NCBI GenBank assembly: GCA_965205845.1
Contig: CBDBIG010000003.1
Coordinates: 20,453 to 84,452 of the forward strand
Direction: 5' to 3'
DNA from: a bacterium
GTDB taxonomy: Bacteria; SAR324; JACQKK01
DNA length: 64,000 nt
The position numbers and the translations under genes were made by a program. Below the pieces are notes generated by a model. That model saw nothing but the letters and a program-made list of their open reading frames with translations. It had not been told where the DNA came from and did not search any database. Shown piece after piece: positions 19,442 to 29,956 of this stretch. Positions within the stretch are counted from its first letter, which is position 1; each line of letters opens with the position of its first letter.

Positions 19442-20917
19442 TCATGGCTTGCTAAGGTAGGCACAGGTATCGCAGCGCACCAACAGGGGGCATGGGTGGC
19501 GGCGACACCCTACCACCTCTCCTTGCAAGGCTAGCACAAGGCGTTCTAAATGCGCAGAACGCCCCCCTTTAACGCCAAACACGCTTTGGGGATTGTCCCA
19601 TTCAAGCAAGGCATCGAGCAAGGCATCCCACTGGTAAAACACCCGCAATTCAAGCGTTTTTATCAAAGGTTTAAGGCATTCTGCCAAGCCGTTGGGTTGG
19701 GGTTCATACACATAAAAGGCACTTAAGCTGGGAGTGATGGCCTTGGCAATATGCTGGCTTGTATGCTCCCAGCCTTGTTCCAGTTCGCTTAGCGGGCCCA
19801 GCACCAACACTTTGTTGGCCTCAGGACGCAAGTTTAAGGTTTGAATGAGGTTTGCAATCGTTTCGGGGCTGGCGTTGTAACTATCATCCAGCACAAAAGC
19901 CCCCTGCTTGGTTTTTGTGGGTGTCGCCCGCCCATATAGGGGCATGACTCGGCTGGCTGCCTTGGCCACCACGGCATCGGTTGGTGCACCCAGTGCTTTT
20001 GCCACAGCCCATGCCGCCAAAATGGGTTCGGCACCGTGAGGGCCCATCAGATTAGATTGCATGGGAATGCGCACATTTTGGTGCACCCCTTCAAAGCGTA
20101 CTTTACCTTGAGAATCAGCCCGTAGGTTTTGGGCGTAAAAGGCGTTGGGGGCAAGGGTTTTGGGGTTGGATAAAGCCGTATTTCCCCCATAAAATGCCAT
20201 GCATGCCTTGTTTGTGGCTAAGGCAGCCAGGCGTGGATCGTCGCCATTAAAAATGGCGAGACCGCCGGGAGCAAGGTGGGTAAACAGCTCGCCCTTGGTA
20301 TTTAAAATAGCCTGCTGGCTACCAAAAACGCCAATGTGTGCACTGCCCACTGCGGTTAAAACCCCAATATCGGGTGGGGCTATTCGGCATAAATGGGCAA
20401 TGTCCCCCACTTTGCGCGCCGAGTACTCAAGCACGGCCACCTGAGTTTGCGTACTTAGCTTAAGCAAGGTAAGGGGAATACCAATTTCATTGTTGTGTGT
20501 CCCCTGGCTTTTAAGCACGCGCCAGTCCTCGCTTAACACATGGGCAATCGTTTCTTTGCTGGTGGTTTTGCCGTAACTCCCGGTAATGGCCACCACCTTG
20601 GGTTGGTAATGTGCCACGAGCCATTGGGCCATTTGGTTAAGGGCTGTGTGCACATGATTTACCACCAGCACTGCCCCTGCAAAGGCCCCTAAATCCGCTT
20701 GGGGGTTGGAGATAACCGCTAGTTTAACGCTGCTGCGATAAAGGTTGGGCAAATAGCGATGGCCATCGTTTTGATCCCCTTGTAGGGCATAAAAAATTTG
20801 TGCTTCCCCCAGCTGACGGGTGTCAAAAGCCCCCCCATGCAAGGGGGTGTTCTCATGCGCAGGGGGGCGTAACCAGTTTCCAGCGCTGCTTTGTTGGGCT
20901 TGTGAAAAGGTAATCAT
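19442..20917 (-). CDS. murF: UDP-MurNAc-tripeptide--D-alanyl-D-alanine ligase
   Basis: ITGSYGKTT and DDSYNASP motifs. Confidence 0.7.
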   Translation of the reverse strand: MITFSQAQQSSAGNWLRPPAHENTPLHGGAFDTRQLGEAQIFYALQGDQNDGHRYLPNLYRSSVKLAVISNPQADLGAFAGAVLVVNHVHTALNQMAQWLVAHYQPKVVAITGSYGKTTSKETIAHVLSEDWRVLKSQGTHNNEIGIPLTLLKLSTQTQVAVLEYSARKVGDIAHLCRIAPPDIGVLTAVGSAHIGVFGSQQAILNTKGELFTHLAPGGLAIFNGDDPRLAALATNKACMAFYGGNTALSNPKTLAPNAFYAQNLRADSQGKVRFEGVHQNVRIPMQSNLMGPHGAEPILAAWAVAKALGAPTDAVVAKAASRVMPLYGRATPTKTKQGAFVLDDSYNASPETIANLIQTLNLRPEANKVLVLGPLSELEQGWEHTSQHIAKAITPSLSAFYVYEPQPNGLAECLKPLIKTLELRVFYQWDALLDALLEWDNPQSVFGVKGGRSAHLERLVLALQGEVVGCRRHPCPLLVRCDTCAYLSKP

Positions 20918-21034
20918 TGAAGCAAAGGGTTTGTTTAAACTGCGGTGGTTTTTTTGGTTTGAGGGCTTAAAGGGCGGTGGATTTTAAAAAAGAACGGCTT
21001 GATCACGTGCCATGGGTATACCTTACCAATCCGC

Positions 21035-21850
21035 TTACTGCCTTTGCAGCCACGGCTGTTGGTGTTGCCACAAAAAAAGGCACTTGGGCAAACACAACAT
21101 GCACAAGGCCACTACCGCCACCTGGCCATAAGCCAGGGAAGCGGCGTGTTGCCATGGCAAGGAAAGCAACAGGTCGTAATTGCCGTGGAAACCTACAGCC
21201 AGCAAAAACCCCCCCATTAGCCAAGCAAGGCGTTTGTATTGGGTGTTGGCGTGCATGGCGCATACCAAAAAAAAACCGCTTGCCATGGTAAAACCCATGT
21301 GTGCTGGGGTGGTAAGCACGGTGCGCAGCCACAGTACGCCCGAGCCAAAGCGTTGTAGATAGAGGATGTTTTCGGCACTGGCAAACCCTGCAGCCACGCT
21401 AGCCGCACACAACACCCCCTGGGATGTGCTCAAGCCGCGGCGAAAAAACGTGAGTCCCAACAGTGCTGCAAATTTACACAGCTCCTCGTTCCAAGCAATG
21501 CCTAACAGCCAAAAAAGGCTTTGCTGCCAAAGCGATGATGCGCCAATCCAAAGGGCTGTCCAGCGTTCAATCGCGCTGTTCATGAACAAAGCGGGGATGG
21601 TCATCACAAAGCCCAGCAAAAATAACTGCAGCGTGAGTGCACCGACCCCATGGTTATCAGGGGTGAGCCGCCCTAGCAGCAAAACCAGCAAAACCCCCGG
21701 GGCACAAGCCAGCACCACCAATCCGATCGTCATGTGAAATCCAATGCCTTTTGGGTTGTTTAAAAGTGCGACAAAAACCACGCATACCACGCGGCATCTA
21801 TCGCTGCCTATGGCACCACAGGCAACCCGCCTTGCCATGATACCACGCAT
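21035..21850 (-). CDS. polytopic membrane protein, possibly a PrsW-family protease
   Basis: Multiple TM segments. AAGFASAENILYL resembles a PrsW motif. Confidence 0.3.
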   Translation of the reverse strand: MRGIMARRVACGAIGSDRCRVVCVVFVALLNNPKGIGFHMTIGLVVLACAPGVLLVLLLGRLTPDNHGVGALTLQLFLLGFVMTIPALFMNSAIERWTALWIGASSLWQQSLFWLLGIAWNEELCKFAALLGLTFFRRGLSTSQGVLCAASVAAGFASAENILYLQRFGSGVLWLRTVLTTPAHMGFTMASGFFLVCAMHANTQYKRLAWLMGGFLLAVGFHGNYDLLLSLPWQHAASLAYGQVAVVALCMLCLPKCLFLWQHQQPWLQRQ

Positions 21851-21890
21851 CGTTGCAAAAAGTGCCGTGTAAAAATAATCCCCTTGTGCC

Positions 21891-22345
21891 CCCTAGCGCG
21901 GTGTTTGTTTGGGTTTGCTGCCAAATGCATTTAAATGGTTTTGTAAAAATTGCCCCACGCGGCGCCATTTGGGAGCGATTTTGGGCGTACGTTGCAGCGC
22001 ATTTAACGCCTGGTTTGCAACGGGCACATTACCCGCTTGCACCCTAGCGCGGTGTTTGTTTGGGTTTGCTGCCAAATGCATTTAAATGGTTTTGTAAAAA
22101 TTGCCCCGCGCGGCGCCATTTGGGAGCGATTTTGGGCGTACGTTGCAGCGCATTTAACGCCTGGTTTGCAACGGGCACATTACCCGCTTGCACCCTAGCG
22201 CGGTGTTTGTTTGGGTTTGCTGCCAAATGCATTTAAATGGTTTTGTAAAAATTGCCCCGCGCGGCGCCATTTGGGAGCGACTTTGGACGCACGTTGCAGC
22301 GCATTTAACGCCTGGTTTGCAACGGGCACATTGCCCGCTTGCACC
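21891..22345. repeat. 151-bp x3 tandem duplication of the 3' end of the TPR gene (ORF on minus strand)
   Basis: ORFs 21893-22081 and 22044-22232 encode identical 62-aa peptides equal to the C-terminus of 22195-23403. The unit contains the palindrome GCATTTAAATGC. Confidence 0.9.
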
Positions 22346-23403
22346 GCCAGTAAGGCTAAGGGCAGGTTGGCAAAGGGCCACTTTTGGGCATGATCTCGCA
22401 GCATTTCTTGGAGGTCGTTTATTCCACCGTACAAAGTTTCTAAACTGGGTGCTTGTTGCAGTACTTGCTCGTAGACACCAATGGCTTCTTCGTGCTTTTG
22501 TTGCGCAATCAAGACGAGCCCCAAATTAAGTTGTACGTACTGCAACTGCGGGTTTTGGACCAAGGCAGTGAGGCTATGTTTTTTTGCCTTGGAGTAGTCG
22601 CCTAACAGGTAGTACATCCAGCCGATGTTACCATGACCAACAGGGTCGGGCACCCGCTTCAAAGCCTGTTTGTAGGCGTGAATGGCCTTTTTAACCAGGG
22701 GAAGGTCGTAGGTGGCCAACCCGTCCAACTGCAAATTTTGGCTTGCACCGTAGTGCACATTGGCTAACGTCTGCCAAAGTTCTGCTTGTTGTAAAGGGTC
22801 GTTTACGGCATTTAAGCCTTGGGTCAACACCTGCACGGCCACGGCGTATTCCCCGTGTTGGCTTAGCCCAAACCCCGAAACCACATGGCGGTTCAAAGGT
22901 TGCAGTAAGGAAGAACGCGAACGTAGCCTCTTTAAAATAAGGTCCCGCCAGCGTTTTTCTAAGGCAAGGCCAGGAGGTGGCTGCGGCGTGTTTTTCTGGT
23001 TTCTACCCAATTGAAAACGACGCCACCATTCGCTTAAACTGGGAGCGTCGCCTGGGCGTTCTTGGGTTTGAGGGCGCCCTGTCTCCAAAAATTTCTGCCA
23101 CCAAGGGGCGTGGTTTCTGGCTAAAGCATTGGCCAGTGCTCTGCGCTCTTGCAAGGGGCGTGGAAACAGCCAATAAAGGGAAAGGTGCGCGACCAATACG
23201 ACAGCCACAAAGGTCAAGGCGGCTTTAAGCAACTCCTTTTTGGTGGGGGCGTGGTTTTTTTCCCGCCCAGGCAAACCCAGCCACAGACGCGTGGCGTGGC
23301 GCCACTGGTTTAAAGCGTCATCGTAGCGTTTGGCGGCAAAGTAAGCATTGCCCTGGTGGTAGGCTAGGCGCGCTTTTGTATGGGGTTGTGCTTTGTGTTG
23401 CAT
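22195..23403 (-). CDS. TPR-repeat protein with N-terminal membrane anchor
   Basis: TPR-like repeats (AYHQGNAYFAAKRYDDALNQW, WMYYLLGDYSKAKKH). Confidence 0.6.
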   Translation of the reverse strand: MQHKAQPHTKARLAYHQGNAYFAAKRYDDALNQWRHATRLWLGLPGREKNHAPTKKELLKAALTFVAVVLVAHLSLYWLFPRPLQERRALANALARNHAPWWQKFLETGRPQTQERPGDAPSLSEWWRRFQLGRNQKNTPQPPPGLALEKRWRDLILKRLRSRSSLLQPLNRHVVSGFGLSQHGEYAVAVQVLTQGLNAVNDPLQQAELWQTLANVHYGASQNLQLDGLATYDLPLVKKAIHAYKQALKRVPDPVGHGNIGWMYYLLGDYSKAKKHSLTALVQNPQLQYVQLNLGLVLIAQQKHEEAIGVYEQVLQQAPSLETLYGGINDLQEMLRDHAQKWPFANLPLALLAVQAGNVPVANQALNALQRASKVAPKWRRAGQFLQNHLNAFGSKPKQTPR

Positions 23404-23809
23404 GGGGGTTGGTGTATCTCAAAAAAACATTTCGCACGGATGTGCGTTGTTAAACAAAGGCGTATGTGCGCTCCGCTGCACAGTGCTGAGGTTTAAGATG
23501 GGATGGTGCCCATTGCAAAACCGCGCATCCATACCCTTTTTTCTGGGCACGGGCACTTATTTTTTTAGCACTTTAACCCATGGCTGCTATAATACCCACT
23601 TGAGCCTGCCTTTTGACAAAAAATTAAACGCGTCCATACCCCTGGGTTTATGGAAATGGGCGAACCCTTGCGCCGACCAAGATTGTGTTGGCGCACTTTT
23701 TGCCTTACTGCTTGCCATGGTAGCGTGCCTGTTTAAGGCATGACACATGACCCGTTTTTGGTTACTATTTGGTATATATCCACACGCCCTTGTGGAAAAA
23801 CAAGACTTC

Positions 23810-24406
23810 ATGGAAAATAACCCTACGAAAATGGCTATTCTCTCTCGTTACCCCGAAAGTCAGAAAAAAGATTACATCTTTGTACTTGCCCATGCTTTTA
23901 GCGAGTTTGAGGAAAGGCCAGCGGAAGAATGTGCGCTGTTTAACGATTGGGTATTAAATTTCAGGATTCCACAGGAATACCACAGCCAACTCAATCAAAT
24001 CATTGATGGCGATTGGTTGGATAAACAATACACAAAGCGCATTGAGCGCTTGGTGATGCACCGCTTGGCGGATCCCTTGTTGCTCGATTCAATGGCGTTG
24101 GCCATGTCCGATGGGGTGTTGATGGACGATGAAGTGGATGCCTTGCGCAACTTGGCAACAGCAATGAACGTGTCTTCGGTGCATTTTAACATTTATCTTG
24201 AGCTCATTCACTCCGCTTACCAGGCCGCCTACCTCGAAAACCCAGAACCTTTGTTTGAGCACAACATCGAGCAAGCCTTAAACTTGCTGTGTCAACGAAG
24301 GGTGGTTCTCTTTGAACACGCAAAACTTTGTACCTGCTCAAAAGACTACAATGGAAAAATTAAGCAGCACTGGCTACGAATGAGCCAGCACAAAAGGGCT
24401 CGCTAA
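23810..24406 (+). CDS. TerB-like domain protein
   Basis: MSDGVLMDDEVDALRNLATAMNVS is TerB-like. Start probably MENNPTK rather than the ORF start. Confidence 0.4.
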   Translation: MENNPTKMAILSRYPESQKKDYIFVLAHAFSEFEERPAEECALFNDWVLNFRIPQEYHSQLNQIIDGDWLDKQYTKRIERLVMHRLADPLLLDSMALAMSDGVLMDDEVDALRNLATAMNVSSVHFNIYLELIHSAYQAAYLENPEPLFEHNIEQALNLLCQRRVVLFEHAKLCTCSKDYNGKIKQHWLRMSQHKRAR

Positions 24407-24628
24407 GCAAGAAAGGCTAGGAAACCTTTTGCGCCCATTGCAAAACGAGGCTCATTGGAAAGTAAGCGTGGCTCTCTTTGAACACGCAAAACTTTGTACC
24501 TGCTCAAAAGACTACAATGGAAAAATTAAGCAGCACTGGCTACGAATGAGCCAGCACAAAAGGGCTCGCTAAGCAAGAAAGGCTAGGAAACCTTTTGCGC
24601 CCATTGCAAAACGAGGCTCATTGGAAGG
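24304..24628. repeat. ~160-bp x2 tandem duplication covering the stop codon of the TerB-like gene
   Basis: 24304-24462 and 24470-24628 are nearly identical. Confidence 0.9.
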
Positions 24629-24667
24629 TAATCAAAGCATGTCAGTCGGTTTTTTTGGGGTAGACCA

Positions 24668-25339
24668 ATGATTGAACTAAACCAAGTTAGCAAGGGGTAT
24701 CGCAAAAACATTGCCGTGATGCAAGGGGCTACTTGTAGCATTCACAATGGCGACTTCTTCTTTCTTACTGGGGTGAGTGGTTCGGGCAAAACCACCCTTT
24801 TTAAACTGCTGCTGCGTATGGAACGCCCTGATAGTGGCACGGTGTGTTTTGATGGGCACGACATTGCCCGGTTAAAAAGCAAACAGGTGGCAGAGCATCG
24901 GCGTAACATCGGCACGGTATTTCAAGATTTGCAATTGCTTGAAGACGAAAGCGTGGAAGAAAACATCGCTTTGCCCTTGTTGGTTTCAGGATTAAGACGA
25001 AAGCATGCCATGATGCGCGTGTCTGCGTTACTTGAACAGGTGAAGCTTGCCTCGCGAGGCAGAGAAAAGGTGTTCTACCTATCAGGGGGTGAAAAACAAC
25101 TGGTGGCCGTCGCACGTGCATTGGTGTTTGAGCCCAAGCTAATCTTGGCCGACGAGCCCACGGGAAATCTTGATATTGACGCTGCATTGCGGGTGATGAA
25201 CTTGCTACGCATGATGAATGCGCAAGGATGCACTGTGATGGTTTCAACCCACGACTTGCAGGTGATTAGGGCACTAAGGGCACGCACCTTAATCATTAAA
25301 GGTCAGCAGCTCATTGAGGTTCAACTGGCCGATTCTTAA
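24668..25339 (+). CDS. ftsE: cell-division ABC transporter ATPase
   Basis: Walker A GVSGSGKTT, LSGGEKQ signature, ILADEPTGNLD. Confidence 0.85.
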   Translation: MIELNQVSKGYRKNIAVMQGATCSIHNGDFFFLTGVSGSGKTTLFKLLLRMERPDSGTVCFDGHDIARLKSKQVAEHRRNIGTVFQDLQLLEDESVEENIALPLLVSGLRRKHAMMRVSALLEQVKLASRGREKVFYLSGGEKQLVAVARALVFEPKLILADEPTGNLDIDAALRVMNLLRMMNAQGCTVMVSTHDLQVIRALRARTLIIKGQQLIEVQLADS

Positions 25340-25402
25340 AACCAAAAAGGGCATTTATTTTTTGATTCTATTATTTGATGAAAAGAAGAATTCAAAGCAC
25401 CT

Positions 25403-26290
25403 ATGTTGATTTATGGATTAATGCGCGGCGTCAAAGGCTTGCTGCTTAATTGGCGTTCAGCAGCACAGCATTTTATCATTCTTACCACCTCTTTAAGTTT
25501 ATTGGGGGTGCTGGCTTTAACTGTGTTCAATGTGCAGACTTTGGCCAATCATTTCTTGCGCAGTGCGCCTGTGTCTTTATTTTTGGAACCCAGTGCTGAG
25601 GAAGAAGAACGCAAGGCGTTACTGGGTACGCTAAAAAAACACCCCCTCGTCCGTGACGTCCGCTTGGTTACCCCTGAAAAAGGCTTTGCGGAGCTCTCTA
25701 CGCACCTTGGGGTAGAAAATATATTGCTCAGAGAGGTTGACCACAGCACCTTGCCCTACACCATCGATTTTCGTGTGCCGTCTCAAAAAAAATCGGCCAT
25801 GCACGCCTTTATTCAAAGTTTAAGAAACCATGAGGTTGTGGCCGATGTTGTGCTGGCTGACAATCTCCTTGCGCGCATGCGCGGCGTGTTTGCAGCCTTG
25901 CGGGGGACTGGCCTATTTATGCTAGGTCTGGGTTTGTTGGCCTTTGTATTGGTGATGATGCATGCTACCCAGCTCTCTTTGATATCGCGCAAAAAAGAGT
26001 TGCAAGTATTTTCTTTAATGGGTGTTCCACAAACGGCAGTGCATTTTTCGTTTATGGTAGAAAGCGTTTTTTTAACCCTTTCGAGTGGGGTTTCGGCCTT
26101 GGTGCTGTTGTGGATTTTTTTGAATGCCGTGCGCCTCGCCTTGCAAGTAAATGCCATTGCAGAAAGTATAACCGCCTTTTTGGTGTACTTTCCTCCACTC
26201 ATTTGGGGAGGAGCGTTGGTAACCATTAGCCTGTTGGGCGTTTTTGGAAGCGCTATCGTAACGCATCAAATTTTAAGGGAAACATACTAA
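25403..26290 (+). CDS. ftsX: cell-division ABC transporter permease-like protein
   Basis: 4-TM FtsX topology, directly downstream of ftsE. Confidence 0.8.
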   Translation: MLIYGLMRGVKGLLLNWRSAAQHFIILTTSLSLLGVLALTVFNVQTLANHFLRSAPVSLFLEPSAEEEERKALLGTLKKHPLVRDVRLVTPEKGFAELSTHLGVENILLREVDHSTLPYTIDFRVPSQKKSAMHAFIQSLRNHEVVADVVLADNLLARMRGVFAALRGTGLFMLGLGLLAFVLVMMHATQLSLISRKKELQVFSLMGVPQTAVHFSFMVESVFLTLSSGVSALVLLWIFLNAVRLALQVNAIAESITAFLVYFPPLIWGGALVTISLLGVFGSAIVTHQILRETY

Positions 26291-26291
26291 C

Positions 26292-27467
26292 ATGGGTCCA
26301 AAAAACACCCTTGCCATGGCCCTTGGCCTCGTTTTTTGGGGGTGTGTCTTAAGCGTTTGTCAACCGCCTCTTGCCAAAGGGCAAATTTTTCCCCCTTTAG
26401 GTAAGGTTGGCGGACCACCTCCCAGCCAAAATGTAAGGAAACCACAAGACGTTCATGCCGTGCTCAACCACTTGGCAGGGCGCATTGGTGTCTCGCACAG
26501 GCGCAGGGACAATTTAAAAATACGCATTGCGCGTGCCCAAGAGCAAGTGCAAAGGACAAAGAATGCTTTTCTAAGCCTAGGCATTCGTCAACAACAAACC
26601 AAGGAGGAACTCAATGCGGGAATTTTGCAGTTGTATCGGGTATCTAAGCAGAGCCTTGGTGGTGCGTTTTTTTCCTTTGTGAATTCGCCCTATTTTTTAA
26701 AGTATGGGCGCTACGCTGCCATGGTGCATCAAGAGCAGTTTGCGCTGATTGATCATTATGCCAAAAGTCAAAAAAGCATCCAAAAAATAGGGTTTGAACG
26801 CCGCGATGCCTTAAACAACTTACAAGAGCTTGAAGCGGCGCTGAAAAATGAACGCCAGCGCTTGTACACCCAAACCAAGCACCTACGCAAGATATTGGTG
26901 AACTTGCGGAGCGATGACACGCTGCGTCAACGTAGAAGCAACCAGCTGCTGCTGCAGGCCAATCAGGCGAGTGCGCTGTTGTTAGACCTCGAAAAAACTT
27001 CCCCAGCCCTGCAAAAAAAACCATCCGCTGTGTGGCATCACCCCGTCGATGATGCCACCGTTATCCGCCATTTTGGCGATCGTAAAAGCTACCTTCAAGA
27101 AGAACCTTTGCAAGATGGGGTGCTGCTTCGCAGCCAAACGCGGCCCCTTGTGAAAGCGATGCATGGTGGCGTGGTCGCGTTGAGTGCACCTTTTTACGGA
27201 CAAGGGGACATGCTGGTCATTTATCATGGCAGCGGAGTCTATGGGGTGTATGGGCATCTGGAAAACATTCGCGTACAGCCAGGCCAGTGGATAAAAGCGG
27301 GGGATACTTTGGGCGACATTGCCTATCAACCATTGCACAACGACCACTGGCTTTACCTTGGCTTGCGTGAGCAAGGCAGGGCTCAAGACCCCCTTTTGAT
27401 TTTGCCATCCCCTGTGCGCCCCGTCAGCCAGCCCAGGGCACAACCCGCCTTCTTGGGTTCAAGATAA
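26292..27467 (+). CDS. EnvC-like murein hydrolase activator (coiled-coil plus degenerate LytM/M23 domain)
   Basis: Signal peptide, long coiled-coil, C-terminal M23-like domain lacking the full HxH motif. Sits downstream of ftsEX. Confidence 0.7.
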   Translation: MGPKNTLAMALGLVFWGCVLSVCQPPLAKGQIFPPLGKVGGPPPSQNVRKPQDVHAVLNHLAGRIGVSHRRRDNLKIRIARAQEQVQRTKNAFLSLGIRQQQTKEELNAGILQLYRVSKQSLGGAFFSFVNSPYFLKYGRYAAMVHQEQFALIDHYAKSQKSIQKIGFERRDALNNLQELEAALKNERQRLYTQTKHLRKILVNLRSDDTLRQRRSNQLLLQANQASALLLDLEKTSPALQKKPSAVWHHPVDDATVIRHFGDRKSYLQEEPLQDGVLLRSQTRPLVKAMHGGVVALSAPFYGQGDMLVIYHGSGVYGVYGHLENIRVQPGQWIKAGDTLGDIAYQPLHNDHWLYLGLREQGRAQDPLLILPSPVRPVSQPRAQPAFLGSR

Positions 27468-27705
27468 AGCAGCCCATGGAGCTGCGTGAAAACCCCCTGT
27501 TGCGCAGCGGCCGCCTCGCTTTGCCGATGGATTTTGCCTTGGCATGGTGTAAGAGGGAACATCGGGCGGGGGGTTGTCCGAAAAAGCACTGGGTACGCAA
27601 AATACTTTCTGTCCCTTGGTGCCGTGTAAAATACGCTGGCCCCTGGGGGTCGGTTTTCAAAAATGCAGATCGCGCTGATGGGTTTTCGGTTTCAGCATAA
27701 AAAAA

Positions 27706-27804
27706 TGGCGGAGATGCGTGGGAATCGAACCCACCCAAAGCGGTATCAGCGCCCTGCACACGGGTTTGAAGCCCGGGAAGCCCACCAGTGACTCATCCAT
27801 CTCC
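27706..27804 (-). tRNA. selC: tRNA with anticodon UCA and a ~26-nt variable arm; candidate tRNA-Sec (selC) or UGA-reading tRNA-Ser derivative
   Basis: Anticodon loop CUUCAAA is identical to the E. coli selC loop. Discriminator G73, encoded CCA, 99 nt. The D-arm is not canonical 6/4. Confidence 0.55.
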
Positions 27805-28016
27805 CTAAAACGAACGGTCCACACGGCTTACTGGCATGCTGCGTGCGTGTGCCGACCACGAACGATGATTGGGGTACGCTCTAAACTCTGTTGGAAAAAA
27901 AGCATTTGCGCAAGCACTAAAAACACATTCTTTGGGCTTGACATAGTCCTCCCTAAAACACGAGACTGCTGGTTGGAAGCGCGATGAAAGTGCGCTTTTC
28001 CAAAATGATCAGAACT

Positions 28017-28089
28017 GGGGATGTAGCTCAGATGGGAGAGCACGACGCTGGCAGTGTCGGGGTCAGGGGTTCGATCCCCCTCATCTCCA
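28017..28089 (+). tRNA. tRNA-Ala (GGC)
   Basis: Cloverleaf with anticodon loop CTGGCAG and G3:U70. CCA not encoded. Confidence 0.85.
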
Positions 28090-28202
28090 CTTCGCTTCAA
28101 AAACCAAAATAACGAATGGGGTTGGGCGAGGAACTTGCCCCTTGAACCCGCGATGAAGCCGCGCTTTTGCACCCGATGCGTTTTGTAAAGCAGCGCTTTC
28201 TT

Positions 28203-28955
28203 TTAAGAAGAATGCGAATGGGTATGGTGGTGGACGTAAGCTGCCAAATGGCTGGTGGTTTGCGCTCCAAACAGCTGGGCATAAGCGGGCATTTCAACCA
28301 CGTTGCGGGGTTTGCCCGAGCAGCAAATATGCCCGTTAATGCAGTATACACGGTCCGTCGAAGACATCACCATGTGGAGGTCGTGAGAAATAAAAACCAC
28401 GCTGCACTGGTGGCTTTTGCGGATGCGCATCATTAAACTGTGTAGGATTGCTTGGCCACCAACATCCACCCCTTGCAAGGGTTCATCTAAGGCCAACAGC
28501 TGGGGTCGGCTAATGAGGGCACGCGCCAGCAACACCCGTTGAATTTCACCGCCCGAAAGGGCTTGCATGCGCTTGTTCAACAAATGCAAGGCATCGCATT
28601 CTTCCAAAGGGGCCAAAATGGCCTGCCTTACCTCTCGTTTTCTGCCTTTGCCTTTGCAACCTAAACGCAAAAAACGTTCTACCGTAACGGGAAAATACGG
28701 ATCGAGGCGTAACTTCTGCGGCGTGTAGCCAATGCGTAGACCCGCTTGTTGATGGGCGGTTCCACTGGTAGGCTTAAGCAAGCCCAACAACATGCGCAAG
28801 GCCGTGGTTTTCCCACCACCATTAGGGCCAATAAAGGTCACCATCTCCTGGGGGGTTACCTCAATCGACAAGCCCTTCACAATCGCGTGTGTGTCCACGC
28901 TAAATGCAGCATTTTTTAATGCCACCAAGGCAGATGCATGGGAAGGAATGGTCAC
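28203..28955 (-). CDS. znuC: zinc ABC transporter ATPase
   Basis: ABC ATPase motifs (GPNGGGKTT, LSGGE). Divergent from a ZnuB-like permease. Confidence 0.7.
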   Translation of the reverse strand: MTIPSHASALVALKNAAFSVDTHAIVKGLSIEVTPQEMVTFIGPNGGGKTTALRMLLGLLKPTSGTAHQQAGLRIGYTPQKLRLDPYFPVTVERFLRLGCKGKGRKREVRQAILAPLEECDALHLLNKRMQALSGGEIQRVLLARALISRPQLLALDEPLQGVDVGGQAILHSLMMRIRKSHQCSVVFISHDLHMVMSSTDRVYCINGHICCSGKPRNVVEMPAYAQLFGAQTTSHLAAYVHHHTHSHSS

Positions 28956-29125
28956 GGGGATGATGAAGATCCTTTTTTGAAGAAGGTGACGGCTTTTAGC
29001 AAAGCACTGCTATGGCTGTAATCGAATGGCCAAAGGTCTCAAATACGACCCTATCCACACCCAACGCCCATAAATTTGGCCTAACCCATTCCACTACCGT
29101 CTACTATTGCACAGGGCTGATACAG

Positions 29126-29956
29126 ATGGCAGCATATACTTTTTTGTTAGAGCATGCTTGGGCTGTGCGTGCCTGCCTGGGTGGCGTAGGCGTGGCCTTG
29201 CTTGCAGGTCCCATGGGTTGCTTGTTGGTGTGGCGGCGCATGGCTTTTTTTACCGATGCCCTTGGGCATAGTACCTTGTTGGGGATTGGTCTTGGCATTG
29301 TGTTCCACCTTTCCCCTCGCGTTTCGGCCCTGTTGGGCATGGTCTTACTCATTGTACCGCTCTTTTTTTTAAAGCGGACCACCCCACAAACCGACGCCTT
29401 GCTCGGGGGTATGTCTCACGCCTATTTGGCGTTTGGGCTGTTGCTTATTCATCTGTTACCAGGGGTAAACATTAATATTCACGCACTGCTATTTGGAGAT
29501 ATTCTTTCGACCACCTTAAAGGATCTGGCATGGATTTACGGCGTGGGCTTGCTGATTTTCGTGGGGCTTGGGTTTTTTTGGTCGGCATTGGTTTCCATGA
29601 GCGTGAATGAAGATATGGCCAAAATAGAAGGCATTGCTACAGCGTGGGTCGAAGGGGTTTTTTTTGTTTTGGTGGGTTTGCTGGTGGCCATTGCCTTACA
29701 GGTGGTGGGGGTCTTGCTTACCGCGGCCTTGCTTATTTTGCCCGCCCTGTGTTCTACCCGGATAGGCAAAACCCCTGAGCAAACCGCCGTGCTGGCCAGT
29801 AGCATTGGCATTGCGTGTACCTTGGGCGGCATCGCCCTGGCTTTTTGGTGGGATGTCCCCGTGGGCCCCAGCATTGCCGCCACCATGGCCTTTATTTTTT
29901 GCGCAATCTTACTGATAGAATTTTTGGCCTTCAAAAAGCAGGCACCTCCCCCATAA
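29126..29956 (+). CDS. znuB: zinc/manganese ABC transporter permease (ZnuB-like)
   Basis: ABC-3 family polytopic permease. Start taken at MAAYTF. Confidence 0.7.
   Translation: MAAYTFLLEHAWAVRACLGGVGVALLAGPMGCLLVWRRMAFFTDALGHSTLLGIGLGIVFHLSPRVSALLGMVLLIVPLFFLKRTTPQTDALLGGMSHAYLAFGLLLIHLLPGVNINIHALLFGDILSTTLKDLAWIYGVGLLIFVGLGFFWSALVSMSVNEDMAKIEGIATAWVEGVFFVLVGLLVAIALQVVGVLLTAALLILPALCSTRIGKTPEQTAVLASSIGIACTLGGIALAFWWDVPVGPSIAATMAFIFCAILLIEFLAFKKQAPPP

Noticed and set aside
27476-27700. 74-aa ORF next to the tRNAs as a possible sel-related gene
   Set aside because: No similarity to SelA, SelB or SelD. Likely non-coding
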